A DNA stretch of 64,000 bases from IMG/VR virus record IMGVR_UViG_3300026292_000004, positions 26,509 through 90,508 of that record, one strand, 5' to 3'. This document shows positions 54,672 through 63,356 of the stretch, piece after piece (position 1 is the stretch's first letter; every line of letters starts with the position of its first letter). The notes beneath the pieces are model-generated. The model had not been told where the DNA came from, searched no databases, and saw only the letters and a program-made list of their open reading frames with translations. This DNA comes from a virus. The translations under genes were made by a program, and so were the position numbers.

Positions 54672-54974
54672 TTAAACTCCTAGATCTAATAGTAGATCTT
54701 TTAGATAATCTTCAGCACAATCTTGTGCGTCATAGATGTTATCAAAAGAACCGAGATTGATCTGGTCACCAACAATGCAACCAGTTGCATCATTGTAAAC
54801 CATTGTACGAACATCAAAACGGTCTCCACCGTAGTGATAGATAGCAAGGTTGCCATCTAGGTCGTTCTCACGCCTGTAAGAGTCAAAGATTGAGGTTCTT
54901 ACACCCCTGATCCACTCAAGACCGAGATAGTCATCACATAGATTGATTGACTGTTGAAATAAAGATTTTGACAT
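54672..54974 (-). CDS. Hypothetical protein (true start probably MSKSLFQ)
   Basis: The ORF-track extension to 55193 runs across an early promoter at 55017-55075. Confidence 0.6.
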   Translation of the reverse strand: MSKSLFQQSINLCDDYLGLEWIRGVRTSIFDSYRRENDLDGNLAIYHYGGDRFDVRTMVYNDATGCIVGDQINLGSFDNIYDAQDCAEDYLKDLLLDLGV

Positions 54975-55016
54975 AATTGAAAAATTGAAAATTTGCTGTT
55001 CCTTGATTATGTACTT

Positions 55017-55075
55017 AATATAGCACAGATTCGGGCAAAAATCAAGCGATCTTGTGGCAGTTTGTCTACTGTCCA
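55017..55075 (-). promoter_or_regulatory. Early promoter (TTGATT..TATATT) with palindromic box
   Basis: Box GTGGCAG-TTTGTCTA-CTGTCCA at 55054-55075, 31 nt from the -10. Confidence 0.75.
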
Positions 55076-55227
55076 TTAGTGTAGGATCCCATGACGCAAG
55101 CACCATATCTGACCTCAGCATATCCATACTCTTCGGATAGATCAAGGCATAGACCCCAACAATCGGCAAGGTCAACAAATGAAGTGTTTTCAAATGGTGC
55201 GGATGGGCAGTGAACTGAATATCTCAT
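55066..55227 (-). CDS. Small hypothetical protein
   Basis: MRYSVHCPSAPFEN...LCLDLSEEYGYAEVRYG; downstream of the promoter at 55252. Confidence 0.65.
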   Translation of the reverse strand: MRYSVHCPSAPFENTSFVDLADCWGLCLDLSEEYGYAEVRYGACVMGSYTNGQ

Positions 55228-55251
55228 AATTTTAATTTCGTGTATATACTC

Positions 55252-55310
55252 ATTATACACACGCAACCACCCCATTTGGGAGAAATGTGTGACAGTTTAC
55301 TGAGTGTCCA
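55252..55310 (-). promoter_or_regulatory. Early promoter (TATAAT) with palindromic box
   Basis: Box GTGACAG-TTTACTGA-GTGTCCA at 55289-55310, 31 nt from the -10; no clear -35. Confidence 0.75.
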
Positions 55311-56580
55311 TCATTGGTCTTAAGAGGTCGTCCATTATGATACCATTGAAATTGTTATATATTCCTATTAATTCATCATCTAATGATGTACATGTATCAA
55401 GCAATTGTTTAACCTCATTCAAATGAATTAACAATTTCTGTTTATCATTTAACTCATTCATAATCCATCCTTAATTGATATTGCGTTTGAATGATTCCAT
55501 AGTATGTTTAAACATGCCATGTGTATATCTAATAGATTTGATAGATTAATTCCCTCCAAATCTGTCCAGTCTGAAACATAATCAGTCTGATCAAAATCAC
55601 CAGTTCCATCTATTCTTTCTGGACATGATTTGAAATTGTGATCCTCATCTACCCAGAAGATTCTTCCAAATGATTTACTATGAAACATTGCTATTTACCT
55701 CCTTAAGTGATAGTTTCATGTTAAGATCCCATAGATTCTTAACATCTTGCTCATCTACATCTGTATCATTCTCTATTACAAACATGATACAATCTTTGAG
55801 CATTTGTATATCTGAATTAGTCATAATCACCTCCTTAAGTATATGATGCTGCATCTTTGTCAGCATCATAGGTTACGTTATCAACTAATTCATTATATAA
55901 TTCTTCATCATGTGTACACTCTATTTCTATTTTTAACTCATCATCTGATAACCTTGAATAATCATCTACAAGTGTATCTCTAATAAACTGTGCCATAGTT
56001 TTCCAGTCCATACTATCAACATGTAACTCAACATACTGATCAATTAGTTCACCACGTTGAGCATCAGTTAATACAACTTCAGGTGAATCATCTTCAGCAA
56101 ATTGATAATCATCAAACGTTACATGATGTACTATTTTCTTTGCATCTAACTCACTATTTGTTGCATTTGGATTTGCAGATTGTGAATAAGTCATGTTAAC
56201 CTCCGAATGTGAATCTTGGATTTTCAAGTAATATATCTCTCACTCTTTCTCTGTCTAAACTATCACCATCACCCCATGAATAATGAACATATTCTAAATC
56301 ACCTTTCTCAATTCTTCTCTTATATGTGAAGAATGCGTCATAGATGTGACCCTTAGTTAAACCAATGATAGGATACAAATCACTGTTAGGTGCATAGAAA
56401 TCCCAAACATAATTAACAAAGTTGTTGAGTTCTTTAATACTAGGCATTGTTGATAACCTCCTCTCTCCAATCTATGTCTGCAAACACTTCATAAAAGAGT
56501 TCACATCCAATGTCAAAATCATCATCAAGTTCACCTTGATAGACTTTAACAACTTCATCATAAGTCCTAGACTCTGACAT
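55297..56580 (-). other. Operon of short acidic early ORFs: 56440-56580, 56196-56447, 55835-56194, 55678-55824, 55458-55688, 55297-55461
   Basis: Abutting or overlapping ORFs, several with GGAG(G) RBS; no recognisable domains. Confidence 0.6.
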
Positions 56581-56609
56581 AATTAAAAGACTCCAAAAAG
56601 AATAGGTGA

Positions 56610-56673
56610 GAGGAACAAACCCAATTGTCGCAGATGAGCGATTAGTCAGTTACTGCGGGTGGGTTTGTTCCCC
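56610..56673 (-). ncRNA. Putative structured 5' leader RNA
   Basis: 12-bp perfect stem GGAACAAACCCA/TGGGTTTGTTCC enclosing CGCAG/CTGCG; starts just downstream of the -10 at 56682. Confidence 0.5.
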
Positions 56674-56681
56674 ATACATGT

Positions 56682-56739
56682 ATTATAACCGATTATGGGT
56701 ATGTGTCTGCCTGTTTGGTGACACTTTGTAATCTGTCCA
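56682..56739 (-). promoter_or_regulatory. Early promoter (TATAAT) with palindromic box
   Basis: Box GTGACAC-TTTGTAAT-CTGTCCA at 56718-56739, 30 nt from the -10. Confidence 0.75.
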
Positions 56740-58014
56740 CTCCTCTAACTACATCAATCTCTCGTATGATACGCTCAATTCTGGGTGTATTAATCGGACA
56801 ACGATAACTAAATGTTGTCGCTTCCTTATTGAGGCATTTGATGATAAGATCTAACTCCTTATCTTCAAGTGTTATGTTAAAGTATACACCTGAAGATGTG
56901 ATGATAGGTTCACTCATTGTCTTTAATTAACTCAGCAATTTGTGAATCTTCAACCTGATATTGTCTCAATCTGAGATAAATATCAGACCAAAATTCCTCT
57001 TGTTCTTCACCATTACCAAACGTCATTTGTTGTTTGACATTGTTAAGAACTGCTTCCCATTGATAGTTACTTAGTGCCATGAATACTCCAATCGGTTTTG
57101 TTTACTGTAGCATCACAATGTATGCAGTTTAATGCACTCCAACTAAAGTGAAATACTCTAGCGTGACTATTACATTGTGGACAGATAATCAACTTGCCGT
57201 TGTTACCTGCACGAGTGTATCTGTTAACGTTCATGTTATTGCGTCCCATGCTTTACCATAATCAGATAACCATCTTTTGACTTCTGGTGTTAACTCATTG
57301 CCATCTTTATCAACACCACAGTATAATATATCATCAGCACTATCATGCTCTAAATTGTTATCTCTACAGTAATCGTAGAGTAAATCTACTAATGTATCAA
57401 ACATTATGCTACCTCCTTAATATCATTGATGTCCCACTCTGAAGTATATTCATCTAATACTTCAAATGAGTTTATATCAGCATGAGCAAGTTCTCTTGCT
57501 TCATCCTCATTTTGTGCTTCAACTTCTATTACGAAGTAACTAACTTCTGCACATTCTAGTTGATAAGTTTTCATCTAATACTCCTCCTTAGATGTGAATG
57601 GGATAAAGTTATCATACTCAAATTTATAACCTATTATCTTATTGTTTGAATACTCACCAGTTTCTGAATCAAGATAACAGTACATACTGTTAATTGATGC
57701 TTGTAATTCTTCTGCTAAGTATTCAGGATTTACATCCTGATCGTCTTCTAATTGAATACGAAGAGTGAAGATTGCTGATTTCATTATATACCCTCAAACC
57801 ATGAATCATTGTCCTCATCATTAACAACTGATGACAATGTGAAATTTGGAATGAATAGAAACTTATAATCATTATCTTCAGGATCTAATCCATCTACAAC
57901 AAATTCAGAGTAGATAGATGTAACATTACCCATGTTATTATCCTGGAGATTCCTCTGTAATGCTTCCATGAGTGTATCACTCATATTTTCAATTGACGTT
58001 TGTTGTTCGTCCAT
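56693..58014 (-). other. Operon of short early ORFs: 57784-58014, 57575-57784, 57404-57574, 57231-57404, 57067-57234 (Zn-ribbon), 56910-57080, 56693-56917
   Basis: Abutting or overlapping ORFs; 57067-57234 has CPQC...CIHC. Confidence 0.6.
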
Positions 58015-58036
58015 GTAATCTCCAATAGTGTGAATA

Positions 58037-58114
58037 GAGTGTGGGAGAGGTTCGCCTTAAAAGCGTATTCTACAGAACTTAATTGAAGGTGTCCGCTACC
58101 CTTGCCTCCCACTC
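58037..58114 (-). ncRNA. Putative structured 5' leader RNA
   Basis: Outer stem GTGGGAG/CTCCCAC and inner AGCG/CGCT; GC-rich, non-coding, starts right after the -10. Confidence 0.45.
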
Positions 58115-58118
58115 TTAT

Positions 58119-58176
58119 ATAATACACGATTTTCAAGTTAAATGGGGTGAGAGTGTGTAGGTTTGTAGACTGTCAC
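58119..58176 (-). promoter_or_regulatory. Early promoter (TGTATTAT) with palindromic box
   Basis: Box GTGTAGG-TTTGTAGA-CTGTCAC at 58155-58176. Confidence 0.7.
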
Positions 58177-58237
58177 ACAATCGCTTGACTAAACCTTAAA
58201 AAACGTGCATTTTAAAATGTAGCGGTGGTATGAATCA

Positions 58238-58435
58238 TCATACCACTTTTCCCATTATTCGCCTTATTTGGCGTGAGCATTGAGCAACTGCATAATTATC
58301 ACTCGGAGTCTTACTCGTTGTTATAATTGTACCATTGTCATGTTGCCAAATAAAGTGTTTAGTTTCTCTTACTAAATGAAAGTCATTCTTTTCCATTAAG
58401 AACCGAATCTCTTTAGTTAAACTCTTCTTTCCCAT
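58238..58435 (-). CDS. HicA-like (dsRBD-fold) mRNA interferase homolog
   Basis: 65 aa basic protein; L..N.F.LVR..KH.IW.H..G..IT...TPSD pattern with the HicA catalytic-His position retained. Confidence 0.6.
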   Translation of the reverse strand: MGKKSLTKEIRFLMEKNDFHLVRETKHFIWQHDNGTIITTSKTPSDNYAVAQCSRQIRRIMGKVV

Positions 58436-58440
58436 GATGA

Positions 58441-58758
58441 TTACCTCAGATAAAGATAACCACCTGCCCAATCTGCTCGTGCATAGCATTCACCACGTGA
58501 ATCACTATCTAACAAATTGTAGCGAACATGCTTTGCTGGTTTGTTCCAACTAGCAGGTTTAAATACGTCCCCTGTTTTCTTATCAATGAACGCATGTACT
58601 CCACCATTTACTTCATGTAACTTGTAGTATTTGCGTCCTTCAGTTATCTCAAAGACGATACGATTAGCAGTGGAAGACTTATTATAATCCTCCTGTAATC
58701 TCTGTGCTAGTTTATGAGTGTACCCATAAACTTCTGAAACAAATAATGTTTTAGTCAT
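58441..58758 (-). CDS. Conserved phage hypothetical protein
   Basis: GRKYYK, VHAFIDKKTGDV.KPASW.KPAKHVRYNL, ADWAGGYLY. Confidence 0.75.
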   Translation of the reverse strand: MTKTLFVSEVYGYTHKLAQRLQEDYNKSSTANRIVFEITEGRKYYKLHEVNGGVHAFIDKKTGDVFKPASWNKPAKHVRYNLLDSDSRGECYARADWAGGYLYLR

Positions 58759-58761
58759 TGA

Positions 58762-58923
58762 TTAAGTCCAGTAAGAGTTTAAAGAACGAGAGGTGTATTG
58801 ATACTCTACAGTATCATCTAGTGACCCTAATATGTCACCTACCCACTCATCTTCGTTGACTTGTGATTGATCTGACTCAAACACTTCACTTGGAATTTCA
58901 AGTGATTTTGATTTCCTAGGCAT
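58762..58923 (-). CDS. 53-aa acidic hypothetical protein (not in the ORF track)
   Basis: MPRKSKSLEIPSEVF...YWT*; AAGGA RBS; first gene after a promoter. Confidence 0.6.
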   Translation of the reverse strand: MPRKSKSLEIPSEVFESDQSQVNEDEWVGDILGSLDDTVEYQYTSRSLNSYWT

Positions 58924-58946
58924 TTAATCCTTTGGTTGACTACTCT

Positions 58947-59006
58947 ATTATAATACACGATATTTCAATACAATGGTAAAATAGTGTGCAGTTTGCATAC
59001 TGTCAC
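58947..59006 (-). promoter_or_regulatory. Early promoter (TATTAT/TATAAT) with palindromic box
   Basis: Box TGTGCAG-TTTGCATA-CTGTCAC at 58985-59006; shares TATAATACACGAT (+ strand) with the 58119 promoter. Confidence 0.7.
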
Positions 59007-59599
59007 AGACTCATCAACTTCTCATATAATTTCGTTCTAATCTTAAAGTGTCCTTTAACATGATGCTCATGTATGTAATCCTTATCTAGGTAGTGTACAA
59101 TTAGATTAGGATCATTGTACCATTGTTCATAAGTCCATGCACATGATCTAACATAACGTTGACCTTTATTCTCACAGATATCTGTTACTTGCTTGTCTAA
59201 CTTGTCTGCTATTTGTTTAAACTTATACTCAACAACATACATCACTCTACCATAAACAAAGAGTGATGATATGATAGGTAAATTAACAGCGTAATCCTTT
59301 AAGTATCTCAACCTAGTATAATCATTAAAGCAACCTCCTCCGTTGGTTGTTGATCTATAATAATTTTTAGGTTTAATTTCTTTCTCTTCACCTGTTAATT
59401 TACACTTACAATCTCTACCAAGTTTACCAGCAATAGGATCACAATTAGCAAGACTGGCAGTAATATGTTCTCTAAGTGTGGAACTATTTGGGTCATTAAC
59501 ATAAATTTCATAGAGTTCCTCAAATAAACTATCTAGTTGTTTGGATGATTTGCCTGTTGATCTATCAACGGCAAGTTGTAATAATTCAGGAGTAAACAT
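59003..59599 (-). CDS. Hypothetical protein, possible PD-(D/E)xK restriction-like nuclease
   Basis: E...GRD(x10)EIK spacing resembles a PD-(D/E)xK core; overlaps the helicase 3' end. Confidence 0.4.
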   Translation of the reverse strand: MFTPELLQLAVDRSTGKSSKQLDSLFEELYEIYVNDPNSSTLREHITASLANCDPIAGKLGRDCKCKLTGEEKEIKPKNYYRSTTNGGGCFNDYTRLRYLKDYAVNLPIISSLFVYGRVMYVVEYKFKQIADKLDKQVTDICENKGQRYVRSCAWTYEQWYNDPNLIVHYLDKDYIHEHHVKGHFKIRTKLYEKLMSL

Positions 59600-60830
59600 T
59601 AGCAATAGCGGGGATACCTTTGGTAAAGATTAAGTCAACTATTGCCTCTAATCTTCTCTGAGTTCTTGTACCTGCACCATGTCCACTTGTAGTAGGAACT
59701 GTTACATAACCACAAGGTTTTACCCAGTTTGCATAACAAGTAGTAGAGATATTACCTGCTGCTAATTGTTTACGATCCTCATCATGTACTCTAATAACTC
59801 TACCTATAGTCTGTGCCATTTCAATGGTAGGTAGGTTACGAAGTAGGATACAATGTGATAATCCTGGAACTGAAATACCCTCACTAAGTATACTATAGTG
59901 GAACACAAGGAACTTTCTATCTGGCATCTTACCAAGAGCATTTAACACCTTAAAGAACATTTGTCTGTTGATCTTTTTCTTATTAAAGTAACAACCATGC
60001 TTAGATGTTATGTGTAAGATATCATAACCTAGTTCTTTACATCTATCAAGCACATCAGTTTGTGATAACATATTCCACAATACTTTAGTTGATGGTGCTG
60101 CAACTAGAATCTTCTGTGCTTGATCTGCATCTAATCCTTCAATGATTCCTAATATATTAGCGGCATCAAGATCAGGTGCATTTAACTTAGTTCTGACAAT
60201 ATCACACTCATAAGTTGATAGTTTAGGTGGTAGAATCTTACCTGCTGCTACTAACTCAGGGGCAGGAGTATTCTCTAATACACCACCATAAACAGATGAA
60301 TTGTTCATGCCTCGTTTAGCACTACCTCTATCATGTTTAGGTGTAGCAGTAAAGAAGAATCTTCTATTTGCATGAGGAATCATATCAACAACTGCACGAT
60401 TAAAGTGTCTACCAGTTGCGTTATGTGCCTCATCATAATATATACTATCTACTTCAATTCCACTGTCATATATTCTATTTAAAGAGTGATATGTTGTAAA
60501 GATAAGACGGTGCTTATCATTATTACCTGATACCCAATTAAGGATTTCATGTGATTTAGTGCTGTTAAATTCCTTAGTTTCTCCACTATGAACGTGCATT
60601 ACTTCAGCGTCTAGTATATGCTCACTAAACTCTGAATGTAATTGATTACTCAATAGTATGCGTGGTGCTACTACAACAACAACCCTAGATTCATAAGAAG
60701 TTTTTAACCTTCTCTTACAATCTGCGATCATAATGTAAGTTTTACCACCACCTGTAGGAATGATAATTTGACCACAATCTTTAGTGTTCATCTTATCATA
60801 AGCACGTTGTTGATGTGCTGATAGATTCAT
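59586..60830 (-). CDS. Superfamily II DEAH helicase/ATPase (ResIII-like)
   Basis: HQ motif, PTGGGKT, TTYHS, DEAH, TAT, LSEGISVP, QTIGRVIR; likely start MNLSAH after GAGG. Confidence 0.88.
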   Translation of the reverse strand: MNLSAHQQRAYDKMNTKDCGQIIIPTGGGKTYIMIADCKRRLKTSYESRVVVVVAPRILLSNQLHSEFSEHILDAEVMHVHSGETKEFNSTKSHEILNWVSGNNDKHRLIFTTYHSLNRIYDSGIEVDSIYYDEAHNATGRHFNRAVVDMIPHANRRFFFTATPKHDRGSAKRGMNNSSVYGGVLENTPAPELVAAGKILPPKLSTYECDIVRTKLNAPDLDAANILGIIEGLDADQAQKILVAAPSTKVLWNMLSQTDVLDRCKELGYDILHITSKHGCYFNKKKINRQMFFKVLNALGKMPDRKFLVFHYSILSEGISVPGLSHCILLRNLPTIEMAQTIGRVIRVHDEDRKQLAAGNISTTCYANWVKPCGYVTVPTTSGHGAGTRTQRRLEAIVDLIFTKGIPAIANVYS

Positions 60831-60851
60831 TAAAACCTCATTAATACTATT

Positions 60852-60909
60852 AGTATACATGAAAAAAGCACCCAGTGGTGGGTGCTTGTGACAGTTTGTA
60901 GTGTGGTCT
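60852..60909 (-). promoter_or_regulatory. Early promoter (TATACT) with palindromic box
   Basis: Box GTGACAG-TTTGTAGT-GTGGTCT at 60888-60909, 30 nt from the -10. Confidence 0.7.
60862..60887 (-). terminator. Rho-independent terminator nested in the promoter spacer
   Basis: AAGCACCCA-N4-TGGGTGCTT hairpin followed by a T-run on the minus strand. Confidence 0.75.
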
Positions 60910-61009
60910 ATGAGTTAGCGATATAGTCCTCAATCACTTGTAGAACTTCAGCAGAAGTCTCAGCATCTTCTAGTAGAGCAAAGAGAGCAACTTCAGGATT
61001 AAATGCCAT
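60908..61009 (-). CDS. 33-aa acidic peptide (not in the ORF track)
   Basis: MAFNPEVALFALLEDAETSAEVLQVIEDYIANS*; lies between its own promoter (61035) and terminator (60862). Confidence 0.65.
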   Translation of the reverse strand: MAFNPEVALFALLEDAETSAEVLQVIEDYIANS

Positions 61010-61034
61010 GATGTGTTTTGTTGAATACCTTGTT

Positions 61035-61092
61035 ATTATACTGCATCCATCAGGTCTGTCAGTGGATTGTATGCCACTTCCTCAGTTGGCAC
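61035..61092 (-). promoter_or_regulatory. Early promoter (TATAAT) with palindromic box inside the MTase 3' end
   Basis: Box ATGCCAC-TTCCTCAG-TTGGCAC at 61071-61092, 30 nt from the -10. Confidence 0.7.
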
Positions 61093-61986
61093 ACGATTCT
61101 GAATGAGTTCGCCATACGACTCGTGCAGTTCACATCCTAGATAGAATCTGCCTAGTTGCTTCGCTACCATAGCAGTAGTGCCTGATCCCATGAACGGATC
61201 TAATATAATATCACCCTCCTCTGATCCCGCCTTGATACATGGTTCAATCAAATCAGGTGGGAATACTGCGAAGTGTGCCCCCTTATAAGGTTTATTTGTT
61301 ATACTCCAAACACTACGTTTATTCTTAGTTGGATATGATTTAGTGAGACCAGAATGAGGTTGTAAACCTGTACCTTTGTTGTGATATTTCCCCTTAGTTC
61401 TATCTCTTGTTCCCCAATCTTTAGCAGGTTCCTTTATAGCATCATTATCATAATAATACTTCTTGTTCTTACTTAGTAGGAAGATGTATTCATGTGATTT
61501 AGTACATCTATCTCTCACACTCTCAGGCATTGGATTAGGTTTATGCCATATAATATCTTGACGTAAGTACCAACCATCTGCTCTTAATGCAAATGCTAAC
61601 ATCCAAGGTATACCAATTAAATCCTTTTCTTTTAATCCTTCAAGTCTATTTCCTCTGCGAGGACACACATCTGGTAAGTCTTGTTTAGTATTTGAGACTG
61701 TCTGTTTTGCCAGTCCTTGTCCCCTTCCAGGTCTGTAATTATAGTAACTATCGCCAATATTAACCCAACAAGTTCCATCATCTGTGAGCACATTTCGCAC
61801 CTCCCTGAATACCTTTACCAAGTTATCTATGTAATCTTCAGGAGTCTGCTCCTGACCTATTTGATCCTTCTCACCACCATAGTCTCTTAGACCATAATAA
61901 GGCGGTGACGTTACACACATCCTCGCCTTATCAATAAATGCAGGTAATGTCTCTCGACAATCACCATACAATATGGTATCCTTCAT
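61036..61986 (-). CDS. DNA amino-methyltransferase (N4-cytosine/N6-adenine, beta class)
   Basis: Catalytic TSPPY N-terminal; HFAVFP; SAM-binding LDPFMGSGTT C-terminal. Confidence 0.92.
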   Translation of the reverse strand: MKDTILYGDCRETLPAFIDKARMCVTSPPYYGLRDYGGEKDQIGQEQTPEDYIDNLVKVFREVRNVLTDDGTCWVNIGDSYYNYRPGRGQGLAKQTVSNTKQDLPDVCPRRGNRLEGLKEKDLIGIPWMLAFALRADGWYLRQDIIWHKPNPMPESVRDRCTKSHEYIFLLSKNKKYYYDNDAIKEPAKDWGTRDRTKGKYHNKGTGLQPHSGLTKSYPTKNKRSVWSITNKPYKGAHFAVFPPDLIEPCIKAGSEEGDIILDPFMGSGTTAMVAKQLGRFYLGCELHESYGELIQNRVPTEEVAYNPLTDLMDAV

Positions 61987-62252
61987 GTATTTTTGTTAGT
62001 TATATGATACTCTATCACAATCTTCTTACTTTGTCTACCCACTGAGTTCAATGTCTCATAATGATTCCATTCACCATTTAATAACTCTTCCATTAATTTC
62101 TTATCTAAACCTGCTAGGTTAACACAGTTATCAACAGACTTACGCACTGACTCAAGACCTAAAGGTTTATGATCTATGAATGATCCTGCTAGATCATCAT
62201 TCTTTGCCTTCTCTAGTGCCTTATCAATATCAATTGTAAATTCATCACTCAT
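61983..62252 (-). CDS. Hypothetical protein
   Basis: 89 aa with ATGA overlaps; C-terminal NS.GRQSKKIVIEY. Confidence 0.65.
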   Translation of the reverse strand: MSDEFTIDIDKALEKAKNDDLAGSFIDHKPLGLESVRKSVDNCVNLAGLDKKLMEELLNGEWNHYETLNSVGRQSKKIVIEYHITNKNT

Positions 62253-62428
62253 TGTTTTGTTGTGTTACTACGTGTCCTATTAATTATAGTGATAAACTTA
62301 TCACCAGCAAATGTACCTGCTAGACATACATCTATCTCATCACCATCATGCCAATTGACTTCACCATTCTTTTTGGTATGTACCATTGCTAGTTGTATCT
62401 TCTTTATAATTTCATCAGTTATTCTCAT
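62249..62428 (-). CDS. Hypothetical protein
   Basis: Likely start MRITDEII with an ATGA overlap; W.DGDEI.VCL.GTFA.DKFI. Confidence 0.6.
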   Translation of the reverse strand: MRITDEIIKKIQLAMVHTKKNGEVNWHDGDEIDVCLAGTFAGDKFITIINRTRSNTTKQ

Positions 62429-62661
62429 GAGTTTAATACCAGTATAAGTCTTGTTACCATTAATATTATAATAATGTAGTAGGTCCACATTATCCACATA
62501 CCTATTTTATTATGCCTACTTCCACGTTGATATGGGTGACAACCTGATGGTGTTTTGTCCCATCCTGCTTGCATATACTCATCAGGATGTATCTTCCTGT
62601 TAGGATCTCTCTTAGGTCTATCCCAAGGTCTATGGTCATCTAAATTAAACCAGCGTTTCAT
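62425..62661 (-). CDS. Hypothetical membrane-anchored protein
   Basis: C-terminal hydrophobic helix IGMWIMWTYYIIIILMV. Confidence 0.6.
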   Translation of the reverse strand: MKRWFNLDDHRPWDRPKRDPNRKIHPDEYMQAGWDKTPSGCHPYQRGSRHNKIGMWIMWTYYIIIILMVTRLILVLNS

Positions 62662-63356
62662 GATTGAAGTGAGTCTAGAATAGTATTATATGCCTCCACT
62701 ATATCACCTTGTCCTTTCCTAAACAAGTCTTTGTCAAAACTCTTACCATCTTTCCAGAGTCGCATCGAGTCAGGTGATAGTTCATCAGCAACGAGTATAT
62801 TTTGTCTAGAATCATAACCAAACTCCAATTTAAAATCAACAAGTGTAAGACCTATATCTTTAAAGGTCTCTGTTAGTATAGCATTAATTTCTCTTGCTAG
62901 TGCCTTTAATAGGTTTAAGTTGGTACCAATATTGGTAAACTTCATTAATGCTATGCGATCCTCTGTAAGTAATGGATCATCTTTATCATCATCCTTCAAA
63001 TAAAACTCTACCAATGGTTCAGAGAGCACTGTGCCCTCTTCTATGGTAGTTTGTCTGCATATACTACCTGCTGCTACATTCCTTACCACAACCTCTATTG
63101 GTATGATCTCAACCCTCTTACATGCCATTGCTTGATGAGTTGGCATATTAATATAGTGAGTATCAATACCATTCAATTCAAGTAATTGAAAGAGACACTC
63201 AGATATCTTACAACATACCTCTCCTTTACCTTCGGGGAAATCTACCTGCCTACCATTACCAGCAGTGACCTTATCTTCATATTGTATAAGAACAGTTTCA
63301 GTCTCATCAGTTGAGAATACTGTCTTAACCTTGCCCTGAGTTATCGTTGTTTTCAT
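62658..63356 (-). CDS. purC: SAICAR synthetase (auxiliary metabolic gene)
   Basis: GKVK.V; D.VTAGNG; IIPIEVVVRNVAAGS; EFYLK.D...DP; LVDFKLEFG; ADELSPDSMRLW; FDKD.FR. Confidence 0.95.
   Translation of the reverse strand: MKTTITQGKVKTVFSTDETETVLIQYEDKVTAGNGRQVDFPEGKGEVCCKISECLFQLLELNGIDTHYINMPTHQAMACKRVEIIPIEVVVRNVAAGSICRQTTIEEGTVLSEPLVEFYLKDDDKDDPLLTEDRIALMKFTNIGTNLNLLKALAREINAILTETFKDIGLTLVDFKLEFGYDSRQNILVADELSPDSMRLWKDGKSFDKDLFRKGQGDIVEAYNTILDSLQS

Noticed and set aside
54975-55193. N-terminal extension of the 173-aa ORF
   Set aside because: It overlaps another gene and crosses an early promoter; the downstream ATG at 54974 is more plausible.
50630-61092. 22-bp palindromes as integron attC-like or transposon ends
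   Set aside because: The near-fixed spacing to -10 hexamers and the lack of an integrase or transposase fit promoter operators better. They might still act as recombination anchors.
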